A DNA stretch of 64,000 nt, taken from contig NMRA01000414.1 in the NCBI GenBank assembly GCA_002633005.1, forward strand, positions 1 to 64,000, written 5' to 3'. This stretch comes from Phoronis australis. Taxonomy: Eukaryota; Animalia; Phoronida. Positions 1 to 12,841 of the stretch are shown here, in pieces (the first letter of the stretch is position 1; each line of letters opens with the position of its first letter). The position numbers and the translations under genes are program-made. A model generated the notes under the pieces. It did not search any database. It had not been told where the DNA came from and saw only the letters and a list, made by a program, of their open reading frames with translations.

Positions 1-428
1 TCTAGTCTATAACTACGCTGTTCCGAACTCGGTCCACTTTACTCTTTAGCCACGCACATCGTGAAATCGGCAGCCATTTCAGGGAACTTACTGTATCTAG
101 CGATATCTATCGGCGATTTGCTACAACACACGCTGTTCCTTTTTCATCAGTCAACGTCATTGGTTGATTTCGTCAATTATTAACGACAATCGTTATTAAT
201 CATCGTACGTCTGCTATCGTCATCACCTTCGTCGTCTCTCTCACGATCGTATCTGTCATCATCATGTTATCGTCGCCCATGTTGACTGATGAAAAAGGAA
301 CAGCGCGTCTTGTAGCAAATCGCCGATAGATGGCGCTAGATATAGTAAGTTCCCTGAAATGGCTGCCGATTTCACGATGCGTGTGGCTAAAGTGGACCAA
401 GTTCAGAATGGCGTAGTTATAGACTAGA
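1..428. mobile_element. Foldback/MITE-like element with ~150-bp inverted arms (left end may extend before the window)
   Basis: 1-155 (tctagtctataactacgc...tttttcatcagtcaac) is the reverse complement of 281-428 (gttgactgatgaaaaagg...gcgtagttatagactaga) with scattered mismatches. The spacer is (tcg/tca)-rich. Confidence 0.8.
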
Positions 429-1239
429 GTAATTGAGGGTCGTGAAAAGGATTTGTTCGGATAGCCAGATGTCTGAGGAATGCAACGATACCAAAATCAT
501 TCATTTAGACCTACATTTAGTGGATTTATTTGGAATAAGTTAGGGTCCATTATATCCGACTAGTGCCGGTCACCTTTAAATTTTTAATTTCTTTCACCAC
601 GTGTCGTTCTTCAGAGCACTTTCATAAATATATTTTTGTTGTGACAGTCAAACAAAGTCTGCAAAAAATGCTTATCAAGTGGCATTTGCCTATTAGACGA
701 ACGGTTTGGACTCTTGATTCTCACTCTCAGGCAGGAAAGTGAGAATCCCACCCCCCGGCCCGGTTTACTCTAGCCAGTCAGTCATTCAGTGTCGGCGAAT
801 TTTTCAACAGATGTTTCGTCCTTTCATTTACAAATGTTGGCCACTATACCTTTCAACTTCATTGTTTGTTCAGGACAATCGATAAAAGTAACACTAATCC
901 ACGTTAATTACAGAACCGAACTTTAACACGAAAACTGGTGTCTGTAGATACTCACCGACTGTCACCCGTCGAAGACGTTCGTGTACAGAGCAATATGTAG
1001 GTCTACAGGCAATATGTTCCGGAGTATGAATTATACGATCGATTATTAAATAAAATTAAGGGTATGATATCATTGATAAAATGTGGGATTTAAAGTAAAA
1101 TAAATGCTCTTTCCACAACATATGGCATGAAAGAAATCAGGATAGACCACTGAAGTGAAGACAAAACCCAGTTGGTTTAAATTGATCAATCGTCGAATAC
1201 TAATTTATTCCGGAATAAACACAAATCAACGTGCGTGGG

Positions 1240-1303
1240 GAGGTATGTTCCGACACAAAAATCCTCGTCCAAAGGAACCCATATATTACACAAGTCTGTT
1301 CGG
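1240..1303. repeat. 64-bp sequence duplicated at 2590-2654; both copies run into assembly gaps
   Basis: gaggtatgttccgacacaaaaatcctcgtccaaaggaacccatatattacacaagtctgttcggg occurs at both positions. Confidence 0.8.
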
Positions 1304-2146
1304 GGGGGCGCATGGGGGGTGTTGGTGGNNNNNNNNNNNNNNNNNNNNNNNNNNNNNNNNNNNNNNNNNNNNNNNNNNNNNNNNNNNNNNNNNNNNNNNN
1401 NNNNNNNNNNNNNNNNNNNNNNNNNTTGGTGAACAACTTTGCCAAATTTCTTTTGATAAAAAATAGCATCAAAACCTGATAAATTTGCATTCATAATAAA
1501 AGTTATTGAAGTGACTGTTAATTGCAAATGTCCCAAAAGCTTTCATGGCTCCAAACGATATCTACATAAGCAGCTATATCAGTAAATGATTGGATAAACA
1601 TTCCCTGAGCTGAAGTCAAGAGGGCCAGATGGTACACTTGATCCATATAAGGGAGAGAAGGGTTGCAGTACGTGACATCCAGGTGTGATGTAGAGTCGTA
1701 TGAAGCATCCCTAAATTTTTAGCCAAGGGACAATTGGTCCAGTGGTTTAGATGCTCCACTGTCAAATGAGGGACACCCGTTCAAACCATAGTGCCAGCAG
1801 ATTTTTCTGCAGTAACACAGTCTGATAGATGAATGCATCACACAGTGGCGAGATTAATCTTGCATGACGTCCATTCTACTTTCAACCACGAGGGAATGTA
1901 CAAGGCACAGGCAACCCCTTTCTTACACATGTATGTTCCAGTGGCAGTGCTAACTTCAAGAAGTGGCCAGTTTACAAAACCCCAAATATGAGACACTATT
2001 GACCACTTTCACACCCTTCTAACACATATATTCACTGAACACAACAATATGTCCCCAATACTCATCAGAAATTGACTCTGAATTCTGATCAGTGATGAGT
2101 CAAATGTCAGTCCGAGACTAGGCGAGACTAGTTTCAGGTCAGACAC

Positions 2147-2260
2147 CTTTTTCTTTCCATTATGCAAACTCCAGAGAGATCGGTCTTCCAGCCCGGTTAC
2201 TTTCTCCAGTATCTCGTACGGAAAGTCCTTAGTCGGGTCTCTGGAGAAAAACGACCACAT
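2147..2260 (-). CDS. SCYL1: SCY1-like pseudokinase (N-terminal kinase-like protein), first coding exon
   Basis: Encodes MWSFFSRDPTKDFPYEILEKVTGLEDRSLWSLHNGKKK (38 aa), matching the SCYL1 N-terminus as I recall it (MWFFARDPVRDFPFE...WALHRGRKK). Similarity stops at a phase-0 donor, AAG|GT. No second exon was recognised inside the window. Confidence 0.9.
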
Positions 2261-2698
2261 TCTAAAACTTTATAGCCTGTAGACAGGTGATCAGACTAAT
2301 AACATTCTCATGACACGAAAACACATCCAGCTCATTCCACTTCCTGGTAGATGCAACAGGCATGTGCGATTATTTGAGATAGTTGCAAAACATCACAAAC
2401 AAAAGAAACTGCCATTGTATTTTTCACGTAGGCCTATATAAACGGTAATGATTGTAATAAGAATAAAATGCTATATGCTTATTATATATTTGCGTACTAG
2501 TGAATAAAACTTTTCAAGTGTTACGCGGGCTTCACGACTATGTGACCTTTTGTGGCAATCATGGCCGCTTCCACTTCTACCAGTGTCACGAGGTATGTTC
2601 CGACACAAAAATCCTCGTCCAAAGGAACCCATATATTACACAAGTCTGTTCGGGNNNNNNNNNNNNNNNNNNNNNNNNNNNNNNNNNNNNNNNNNNNN

Positions 2699-5340
2699 GC
2701 TTTATGAAGTGTGTCTTTCAAAAATCACCTTTGAGCACACGCTCCCACTTGTGGAGCTATACCTAGCCTAAAATTAACAAACCCGTGTCTTTGCAATGTT
2801 TTTGAGCACACGACTTTAGAATGTAGTGAATGTCCACACTGAAATTAAGCAAATTAAGAAGAAAATAACGCACAGCGGTTCTTAGACCACACAATCTGTG
2901 TCTGAGCGAACCTTTATCTGACTAAAATATCGTACAACTAATATATACTTAATTAAGATGTCGAACTTGTGGAAAAGATAGTACCGGCTATAAAGAATAC
3001 ATGAGAGTAGGTGTGCGAAGGGAACTGACGTTAGTATATGGGCTGATGTTCGAACGTTGTGATTATTAATCTTGCAGAGTGTCTAGTAATCGGGGCACTG
3101 CGGCTTTATGAAGTGTGTCTTTCAAAAATCACCTTTGAGCACACGCTCCCACTGGTGGAGCTACACCTAGCCTACAGTTAACAAACCCATGTCCTTGCAA
3201 TGTTTTTGAGCACTCGAATTAAGAATTTAGTGAATTTCCACACTGAAATTAAGCAAATTAAGAAGAAAATAACGCACAGCGGTTCTTAGGACACACAATT
3301 CGTCTCCCAACGACTCACTCGTTTATTACAAGAGTGTTATTTTGTCGCTTTGATTCTCCCGTTAGGAATAAACAAGAAAGAAGGGCTACAAAGGCATTTC
3401 TTCAAGGCCTGGCAAAGTTAGACAAAAGTTAGTTAATACAAAAATGGAAATGGCAACAATGGTTCCTTAGACCACACAGTTTGTGTCTGAGCGAACCTTT
3501 ATCTGACTAAAATATCGTACAACTAATATATGCTTAATTAAAATGTCACACTTGTGGAAAAATAAAGCACCGACTATAAAGAATACATGAGAGTATGTGT
3601 GCGAAGGGAATTGACGTTAGTATGTGGGCTGATGTTCGAACGTTGTGATTATTAATCTTGCAGAATGTCTAGTAATCGGGGACACCCGGCTTTATGAAGT
3701 GTGTCTTTCTTTCAAAAATCACATTTGAGCACAAGCTCCTACTGGTGGAGCTACACCTAGCCTACAGTTAACAAACCCATGTCCTTGCAATGCTTTTGAG
3801 CACTCGACTTTAGAATGTAGTGAATGTCCACACTGAAATTAGGCAAATCAAGAAGAAAATAACGCACAGCGGTTCTTAGGACACCCAATTCGTCTCCCAA
3901 CGACTCACTCGTATATTACAAGAGTGTTATTTTGTCGCTTTGATTCTCCCGTTAGGAATAAACAAGACTAAAGGGCTACAAATGCAGTTCTTCAAGGCCT
4001 GGCAAAGTTAGACAAAAGTTAGTTAATACAAAAATGGAAATGGCAACTATGGTTCCTTAGACCACACAGTTTGTGTCTGAGCGAACCTTTATCTGACTAA
4101 AATATCGTGCAACTAATATATACTTAATTAAGATGTCGAACTTGTGGAAAAGATAGCACCGGCTATAAAGAATGCATGAGAGTATGTGTGCGAAGGAAAC
4201 TGACGTTAGTATGTGGGCTGGTGTTCGAACGTTGTGATTATTAATCTTGCAGAGTGTCTAGTAATCGGGGCACTGCGGCTTTATGAAGTGTGTCTTTCAA
4301 AAATCACCTTTGAGCACACGCTCCCACTGGTGGAGCTACACCTAGCCTACAATTAACAAACCCATGTCCTTGAAATGTTTTTGAGCACTCGAATTAAGAA
4401 TTTAGTGAATTTCCACACTGAAATTAAGCAAATCAAGAAGAAAATAACACACAGTGGTTCTTAGGACACACAATTCGTCTCCCAACGACTCACTCGTATA
4501 TTACAAGAGTGTTATTTTGTCGCTTTGATTCTCCCGTTAGGAATAAACAAGACTAAAGGGCTACAAATGCAGTTCTTCAAGGCCTGGCAAAGTTAGACAA
4601 AAGTTAGATAATACAAAAATGGAAATGGCAACTATGGTTCCTTAGACCACACAGTTTGTGTCTGAGCGAACCTTTATCTGACTAAAATATCGTGCAACTA
4701 ATATATACTTAATTAAGATGTCGAACTTGTGGAAAAGATAGCACCGGCTATAAAGAATGCATGAGAGTATGTGTGCGAAGGAAACTGACGTGAGTATGTG
4801 GGCTGATGTTCGAACGTTGTGATTATTAATCTTGCAGAATGTCTAGTAATCGGGGCACTGCAGCTTTATGAAGTGTGTCTTTCAAAAATCACCTTGATGT
4901 ATGCGCACTCGCTCCTACTGGTGAAGCTATAGTTAGCCTACGATCAACAAGCCCATGTCCTTGCAATCTTTTGAGCACACGACTTCAGAATGTAGTGAAT
5001 GTCCACACTGAAATTAAGCAAATCACGAAGAAAATAACGCACAACGGTTCTTAGGACACACAATTCGTCTCCCAACGACTCACTCGTAGATTACAAGAGT
5101 GTTATTTTGTCGCTTTGATTATCCCATGCAGAATAAACAAGAAAAAAGGGCTACAAAGGCAGTTCTTTAAGGCCTGGCAAAGTTAGACAAAAGTTAGTTA
5201 ATAAAAAACGGATATGGCAACTTTGGTTCCTTAGACCACACAATTTGTGTCTGAGCGAACCTTTATCTGACTAAAATATCGTACAACTAATATATACTTA
5301 AGATGTCGAACTTGTGAAAAAAGATAACACTGACTATAAA
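2699..5340. repeat. Tandem satellite, ~586-bp unit, about 4.5 copies (first copy internally deleted)
   Basis: The anchor gctttatgaagtgtgtcttt recurs at about 2699, 3103, 3689, 4278 and 4863 (spacings 404, 586, 589, 585). No long ORF in the unit. Confidence 0.95.
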
Positions 5341-6431
5341 TGCGCTTGAAAATTTGCCGATACCGTTCTCCCACTTGTCTGCTTATTTGCGTGAATGCTT
5401 GGTGCCACACGTTACCATTACCAAAATAATTCTGGTTTCGTCAATTTTGGTATCGAGATGTGTTTAATATTTCACGATTTTGGAATCGAAATGGGTTTAT
5501 TTTTTCATCAATGCCTTGGGTGTTTTTGCAGTGGTAGCTATGAGTGAGTGTTGTCAGACTTTTTTGTAACTGAGTATATTTAGTTGTTCAAATGTAAGAC
5601 CAAAACCTCATAAATTTAAGACCATGTATGACACCAGAAAAACTTCATTTGCCTGTGGTCAAATTCGGAACATCAGATCTCAAATGGAGTCCCATGAGTT
5701 CTCAAGCAGTTTTAGGACTCACTTCCTATATTTTTAAAATGTGTTATTTTAGTTGGTCTTTTAGGTGTGGTCGCTCGTTTTAGAAGCTAAATCTGGTTTG
5801 TGATGTTAGTGAGTGCGTTTGGGCACTTTTTGCCAGGTTTTGAGGTGTTGTAGCGGTGAACATTTTGGGTAAATTTCCCTGCAAAGACCTACACAAACTG
5901 GGAAGAAAATGTCTCATTTCGTTCTATTAGGCTAACAAGTAAACCTTTTGATTAGCTGTCAATTTTCGAAACGACGCGTTGTTCCACTGTGTAGGTAGTA
6001 AATTCAAAATACGTATTACATTGAAAATGGCTATATTGATTAAACAACAAGTAGAAGACAGTGCCAACATGTTCCTTGAAACACACACAAGCCCGTCCAA
6101 TTCAAGTGTGAGACAGATTCTACTTCCACCAGATGCTAATTGGGTACTGGTGCTTATGCTTACCTTTGTCCCCAGTCTGACAGTAAAAGTCAAAATTGAT
6201 CCCACAAAAATGCTTTATATCTATCAATTCTCAATGAGACAATGGGATTCCCTATATGAGACAATAGTACAATAAAGCACTCCACCACCAGAGTAACGGA
6301 TACACCTGCAATCTCTTTTAAAACACAATGAAATCTTGTAAAACCAACAAAAAGCTCTCTCTCTCTCTGGTAGACTGTAATGGTGCTCCACCTTTCATCC
6401 ACATGAAGTGCAACTACAGTATATCACCTCC

Positions 6432-8746
6432 TTAAGATTTCTGATATTTTAGTCTGCGTTGGTTGTGGTACCACAAGTACAACTTCACATGATTGAAAAA
6501 ATTCTCTTTACTCGTGTACGAGAGGGTACTCGTTAGCCTTTGACGCCCAGCATCAAAATGTTCCACCGCCTGACTATTCAGTTGTTGAAATTCTGGGTAG
6601 TCCTTCAGCCTGTAAGCTGGACTGCATGCTAGAAAGAAAATTGTAATTATTTTGGTTTTCTTTCTTGTTAGTGCTACCTGTTAGAATCAAACATCCTGGC
6701 TACAATGCTTCTACAGTGACACTAGCAATGTTATACCATTTTCGATCATCCAATTTTATAGTTCATTCATAACATTTGGCAAACTGTCAAGGTCTGTAGG
6801 CGCCCTCATATCTTCAATTTCTCTGCATGGTGACACCTAAAGCTTCAGGGCAAGTTGAAGCTTTACATGTACTTGTATTATTAAATATATGCCACTTGGA
6901 AAATTACCTTTATGGTTATACCAATGAAAGGAATCCACTTTCATTTGGCAGAGTCCGAAGTGGCTGCTATACCTGTTGAGGCAATACTCCTGCAGCTTAC
7001 AAGCGAAATCGTAAACTATTATCTTTGGGGCTAAAAGTAAAATAAAATTTTCTTTATGTAGTAACCATCTTCGTTAACTTCGTAGATACACAAAAGTTGC
7101 TGCAAGAAAAACACAAATCCTGCAGTTCAAGGTGCAGAGTCGTCATGTCGAAACTAAAGCGGGAAGTATCCTTCTCCTACTTAACCCCAAAGGGTGGGTA
7201 CTCTGTCAGTTTGGAATCCGTTGCATGCGTGCACCCAGAGGTGGGGGCTCGGGGGGCTCAAATGAGCCCTCCCATTTGGCGAAGTGGGCAAAAAGGTCCG
7301 CCCCCGAGAGACAAAAAGTCCCAGGGAATAGGACAAAATTTCACTAAATAAGCCAAATGCGCAATTCACAGTGGTGCTCCCATTTTTTTTTAGTCCGCCT
7401 GCTCTTATGTTAGCAAAAGATCCACAATGCCGGGAATTCGAGCCCTCCCAAATTGAAGGCTGGGTGCGCGCATGTGTTGTTACTGTTATTTATCATTATT
7501 TTCTTTAGGAGATACATTTTCAAAAGACGTGTAATGAAGACAGAAAATTTCTGGCTTCCAAGCTTGAAGTAAGGTTCTTCTGGGTATCTTGGGCACATTT
7601 GCGATACTTTATTTCATTTTTCTCTGGTTTGTGGTAGCTATAGCTGCAGCTGCTAAGGGAGAAGAGTTGACAGGGTGGCGCGCTCCGTCCCCCCCCTTAA
7701 GTCTTAAGTCCGCCGTTCAGTGATTCTTCAAATTTAACACCGTTGATCGACCTTGAATAACAACCCAGCTTTTTGCGAAATGGTGTTTTTGAGTAAAAAA
7801 GGTAGGCTTCCGGAGAAAATTTTATACGTTTATACAATCACAAATTAGATGCTGATTTGAAGACCAAACAAAAGTGTACATTTAATTGACGCAATATGAG
7901 AGCTTATGCGTTCCTTTCAAGATTTCACTTCCAGATTCCTGTTTTAGGCCTACACGTTTTCAATAATTCTGACCAGCTCCTTACCTACTGGCCACCTTGT
8001 CCACAGAAGGGTGAAGGCGTTGTTGGGGCTTTCGTGTAAAGCCATAAGCTCGAAGCCCTAGGAAATTCCTGAAGCAAATAAAAATGGTACTTTTTACTTC
8101 AACAAAGTCCTACCAAAGTGTGATCAGCTTCTTTTTTGTAAGGAGCTATTTCGCCCTTGGACGGGAGTCTAAAAACTGATTGATGCTTCATCCAGATTTG
8201 TATACATTGGTCAGGGTTTTTTAAGGGATATTTAGACAGGAAATGCCGCCTTTAACTTACTTCCAGCCTTGCAACCAGCCGTCATGTGTTCATTTTTCTA
8301 GAAAGTCACATTGAGGATATATCAAGGGAACAACAAAAATTTTGCATGGGCATTTCATAATACCAAGATTGAAGATTCAACAAAGAAATGGAACAGGTCA
8401 ATCTGAATTAGAATACTATTACTTAATGTTACGAGTTTAAATCATCCAACAACTAAACTAAGGTCTTGGTCAACTGAACCTTTTCTGCTACATCATTAGT
8501 AAGGTACCCATGTGCAAAACCAAGCATGTATGGCCAACTTACCATGCTGACACAAGACGTTGAAGACACCAGGCGTCAAACTTTTGTGTCGAAAGCCAAA
8601 TGTCTTCCTGCAACTTGATGACGCTGCCTCTCGCTTTCAGTCAGCCTCAAATAGGGGTATGTCACCTTCAGGTTGATCATACTCTCTATCCATCATGAAT
8701 GCTAATAAGTTTTCTTACAGCTCGGGCGGGAAGTCACACAGATACC
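6432..8746 (-). pseudogene. Spliced KDZ (Kyakuja-Dileera-Zisupton)-type transposase domain, pseudogenised
   Basis: Four exons with canonical AG/GT and compatible phases: 8746-8543, 8068-7985, 7030-6908 and 6628-6432. Joined they read ...FEAD*KREAASSSCRKTFGFRHKSLTPGVFNVLCQHG|IS*GFELMALHESPNNAFTLLWTRWPVA|PKIIVYDFACKLQEYCLNRYSSHFGLCQMKVDSFHWYNHKA|CSPAYRLKDYPEFQQLNSQAVEHFDAG...WYHNQRRLKYQKS*. This gives the KDZ motifs CxHG, ESP, YDxAC, DxFHxxNH..C and NSQxxE in order. In-frame stops lie at 8715-8717, 8637-8639 and 8058-8060. Confidence 0.85.
7224..7474. mobile_element. MITE with CATGCGYGCACCC termini and 5-bp TSD (hAT5-like), in a KDZ intron
   Basis: Ends are catgcgtgcaccca and tgggtgcgcgcatg; flanks are cgttg and tgttg. 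Related copies are at 56874-57090 and 58779-59006. Confidence 0.75.
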
Positions 8747-9328
8747 CTTAAAAACACATACATTTATCACACAGTGAACATTTCTTTTAAACAAGAATAT
8801 TAGACCAGGACCAGTTTTATCCACATTTTAGTTAGTGATGCAGTAAATTAGATTATACAGCATGCTGGAAACTACTTTCCAAACTACCTCAAAGCTTGGC
8901 TTTGTTTTTATTGACAAAATTGTTACTACTCGATCAATTTTGAAAATTCAAGAACCCAAAAGTCTAATTTTACTCCTACATTCAGATTTTAAAGTGTTTC
9001 CATCAGTTTTCATGTCCCAAAAAGAAAATGGAAAAATAGTGTCAAGATCGTTTCAAGCCCAGCACTTAGATATAATCTGATAAGAAACTGTCATTACCCT
9101 CACTCTATGTGATCAGGTGAATAGAGCCACTCGATTGATAACTACCCGTGTTGTGAATGGAATGTGGACAGAACTGTCAATTGACTGCATGACCAGGACA
9201 CAAGTTGCCAACTGACTGCATGACCAGGACACACCCAAACATGCACACACATACACAATAATTTATATAGTAAATGAGATTATAATTGAAATTTGGCTTC
9301 AAGTATAGGGTGACCATGTATACCTTAA

Positions 9329-10851
9329 AGGAGCATGCCACCCAAAAAACAACCTAATTTGTACCAATTTAGATCGAGTAGTTCTACTCCGTAAGGGCAC
9401 GTACGGTTGCGTTATCTAACACCTGACGGCAGACGGAGGTGTTGAAGTTATCCAATGACGTCATCAGTTTCACACGCAGTCTGTTCAGCAGTTCATCACA
9501 CGGCGGGGTAATTGGTGTCAGCTTATTGCTTGAATTCATCGTTTAACACCAATAAATCGTCAAACTTCGATGTAAAACCCTTAAAAATACACCGAGTTTT
9601 TATAAAAATGTGTGGTTTTATTTTGCTGTTACGGATTTATTGGTGTTTGGACACACCGTAACCTACAAAGTTCGGCAGGCCAATAAGGTCCGTAGCAGGA
9701 GTTTGGGGTCTGTTCGGAGATAAATTTAAGTATTTTTCCGCGAGATACAGACAGGAGAATCTACATATGTGTTGTTTAGACTTATTATTTTTTGAGTTCT
9801 AAACACACAAAACGATTGTTATCCTGGCCAGTGGCTCGGAGCCGATAAGGCCCGTCGCGGCCGGTGGGACTGACTCGTTATCCACTGGCAGGCCAGTGGC
9901 TCGGAAGCCGATCAGACATCATGAATATAAACCATCCAAAGTTGGAAACTAAACTTCCAGTCAAGAAATACTAGTGAGCCAAAGAAGTAAAGTGCACGTG
10001 ATTATGTTGGTGAATTAGCCACGAAACTGCAAATCTACTTACTCGTCAGGCCGGGGGCCACGAAGTCAGGTTCTGCTTTGGCCACAGAACGGCGTCACGG
10101 CAGAAAACCCACACGGCCTCGGTGTCCCCGTCAATTAGTTTTATTACACATAAAGCCGTTAACGCAGTGATTTAATTCATTGCTGGCTTCTCAAATCATT
10201 TGCACTCACAAACACTCCAAAGGCATTCCAAATTGTATCTAATGAGACAGACTTTGTTTCAGTTTCATATAAGTATTGGTATAAACGTCAACACGGCAAC
10301 TAGCAATCCCGACTTAGATGAGCTCATCCTAACGAAGACTTCGCAGGGGGATCGTTAAGTTTCACAGGCTATCAGTTCGAACAGGAATACAGTGATGAAG
10401 AAATACTAGAGAGGTGCCATGAACAAGCTCATAACGGAACGTATGGATAGTTATTTGGTAAGCCGGCATTCGTCAGGCACTGTCCCGCGACGACTGCAGG
10501 CCACAGACACGGAGATGTCTCACGGCCTCATACTTGCTATTTACAGCGTACTATTAATTTTTCACTACTGCGAGCCACTTCCTAAGCATTTCAGACTCTC
10601 GAGGAAGTCGAAAAAACGATATATCTGCTTTCTTCGCAACTGCATAGTTCGGACAAGCGGGAACAATGCACCGCAACATAGCGGCATTAACTCTGCAAAT
10701 GAACCACTTACGTCCCTGAGTCGTTTCTCACCTTCCTCACAGGACAACGTGACACCTCTCGGCAAGGTAACGTCGACCGTATGCAAGGCAATGTGGATAT
10801 AGACCGATTAAGACGGCAGAAAAGACTAATTAAATCGGGTGGCATTCTCCT
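9329..10851. mobile_element. Non-autonomous Kolobok-like DNA transposon (TTAA TSD, AG...CT termini)
   Basis: ttaa|aggagcatgccaccc at 9325-9343 and gggtggcattctcct|ttaa at 10837-10855 form a 15-bp TIR with one mismatch. No transposase ORF inside. Confidence 0.8.
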
Positions 10852-11479
10852 TTAATTTAATCAAATTGTGAACACTGAACAAAAGGGGGGTGGGCAAATT
10901 AACGTTCCTCACAACATTTCATACTTCTATGGAGTACATAATTTTAGTTATTGCTGGGGTTCAGGGGGAGTTGCCCCCAGTGCCAGCAAAGGGGTACAAG
11001 GGAGGAGTGCAAACTAGGTGGGCGACAAATGGGTTTTGACCCCCTCCCACGGGGGTAAATATGAGAAATGCCGAGTGCTGAACAGGTAAAAACCAATGGG
11101 GTATGCCAAACGAGCGTTAAGCCCCTTCCATAGTCACAAATTTTGGTTTTTCCCGACCATTAATAACATGTGCTCAGGTGGTGATAAGATTTGACCCTGG
11201 TTTTGAGCATGACCCCAAGGACTTTTGCTTGTAATAGCTGGTGGCGATCATGCACCAGTATCATACGGGGTATTTTCCAATTTTTCATAACAATTAGAGG
11301 TCCAAGGTCACTGCGGGTTTCATGTCCACCCAACAACTTTGAATGCGTTCCCTATTAATACACCCGGCTACTACCAGTGCAGACAATTGGTTTGCAGTTG
11401 GTGTAACACAAGTAAGAAGAAGAAAGCAAGAAATATCATCACTGCCACAACATTACATTCCATTCTGATGCTCCCTCAC

Positions 11480-12841
11480 CTAATTTTAGAAGACGTACTT
11501 TGACAACAAGGTATCTGCAGAAGGAAGAGCATAGCCTGCATACAACAGTGGCACCGGGACTGCGATTGACTTGTCTTCCAACTGTGAACAAAACACACAA
11601 AATGAAGACATATCATATTATTGAATAACAAATAATTCTTACATTTCTGGATTCTTAGGAAACCTAAAAAATGACATGTCTGGGGTTTTCGTGGATGAAT
11701 TTGTACAATTTATCACACTGCAAAATGTGCCCTTCCCCATTGTTCTTGCGCTTGCTACTTGACCGTTGCTTATTCGCCAGATGGCGGTGCTCATAGTAGC
11801 AATAACAGCAACTTATGAGTGAACTCTCCTATTATAATACACTCCTTGTTTTTAGCTTTTTAATAAATGAAACAGTTGCTAAAACATACTTGTTGATTGA
11901 TCATAGGACAGTGTTTTTCACAGAGGATATTTGGCTCAAGGCAGGTCGCATACTGAGTTGAAGCAAAATACTTCCTGAACCTAACATCAAACTTTACAAA
12001 TAATTCTTTTAGAAAAAAGAAACAATCTTTGAATTTTTATCAGCTGCATCAGAAAATCAGAGAAATGCTGCCAGAGCCAGTTCACCTTAACCTTACACTG
12101 GACGTTCTGTATCCTGAGGTGCGAAATACTGAACAAAAAACGAAAAACACAATTTCTTGGTAATTTTCGTGCATTTGAATTGACTTGTGGTATGAAGTCA
12201 TTGAATATGGACAGCTTTGTACAAGTTTGTCATTGATGCAATTTATCTATACCTTCCTGGTATTAATGATTGTAAACTAACCTCAACTGCATAAAAATTG
12301 ATTTTGAGTGGCTTTAATACCTTTGAGAGGCACCTCAAGGCCCATTTATGAGACTAACTTGCATGCACCTGTACATAAAGTATATTAATGGCAATATTTT
12401 TGTAATAAAGTAATATTGCATATTTTCTAGGTGTTGATAGCTACGATCCATCAAGATCATTCCCGCACTTTAGCAGAGGTTGCAGTCACAGGAGCACCGC
12501 ACCTTGCACCAGATACCTCATCTACAATGCCTGTGTTGTCATAGACAAACGAAGTTGCCAATGATTCGTCACCGTATAAGAAACAGGTGTCAGTTGTGAT
12601 CGAAGAATAAAGAAACTCAAGGACATCTGGTTGTTGTAACAGCAAAGTATGCAAGTGCTGTACACTATCAAGTTAATATATAAATATGTATACATATGTG
12701 AAGAGCAAGTAATCCGATGTTTATACATACTATTTTTCTGTTAACACAGACCACAATGGCAAATGGACCGCCAGCTTCTCCTGCATGGGCCACTTTGTAG
12801 CTTCTGGTTAGTTTTCCATCAGTCTTCAGGAGGTCTATAGC
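11480..12841 (-). pseudogene. Putative upstream exons, possibly of the same KDZ locus
   Basis: AG/GT-bounded open segments 12841-12731 (AIDLLKTDGK...VNRKI, 111 bp) and 12657-12517 (HLHTLLLQ...GIVDE, 141 bp) are separated by a 73-bp intron. Weaker candidates lie near 12097-12128 and 11480-11581. No domain recognised. Confidence 0.35.

Noticed and set aside
7410-7660. Possible extra KDZ exon between 7985 and 7030
   Set aside because: The flanking exons already join in phase and give a continuous motif (WTRWPVAPKIIVYD), so none is needed.
10419-10802. 127-aa ORF
   Set aside because: Lies inside the non-autonomous TTAA-flanked element and has no transposase or other motif.
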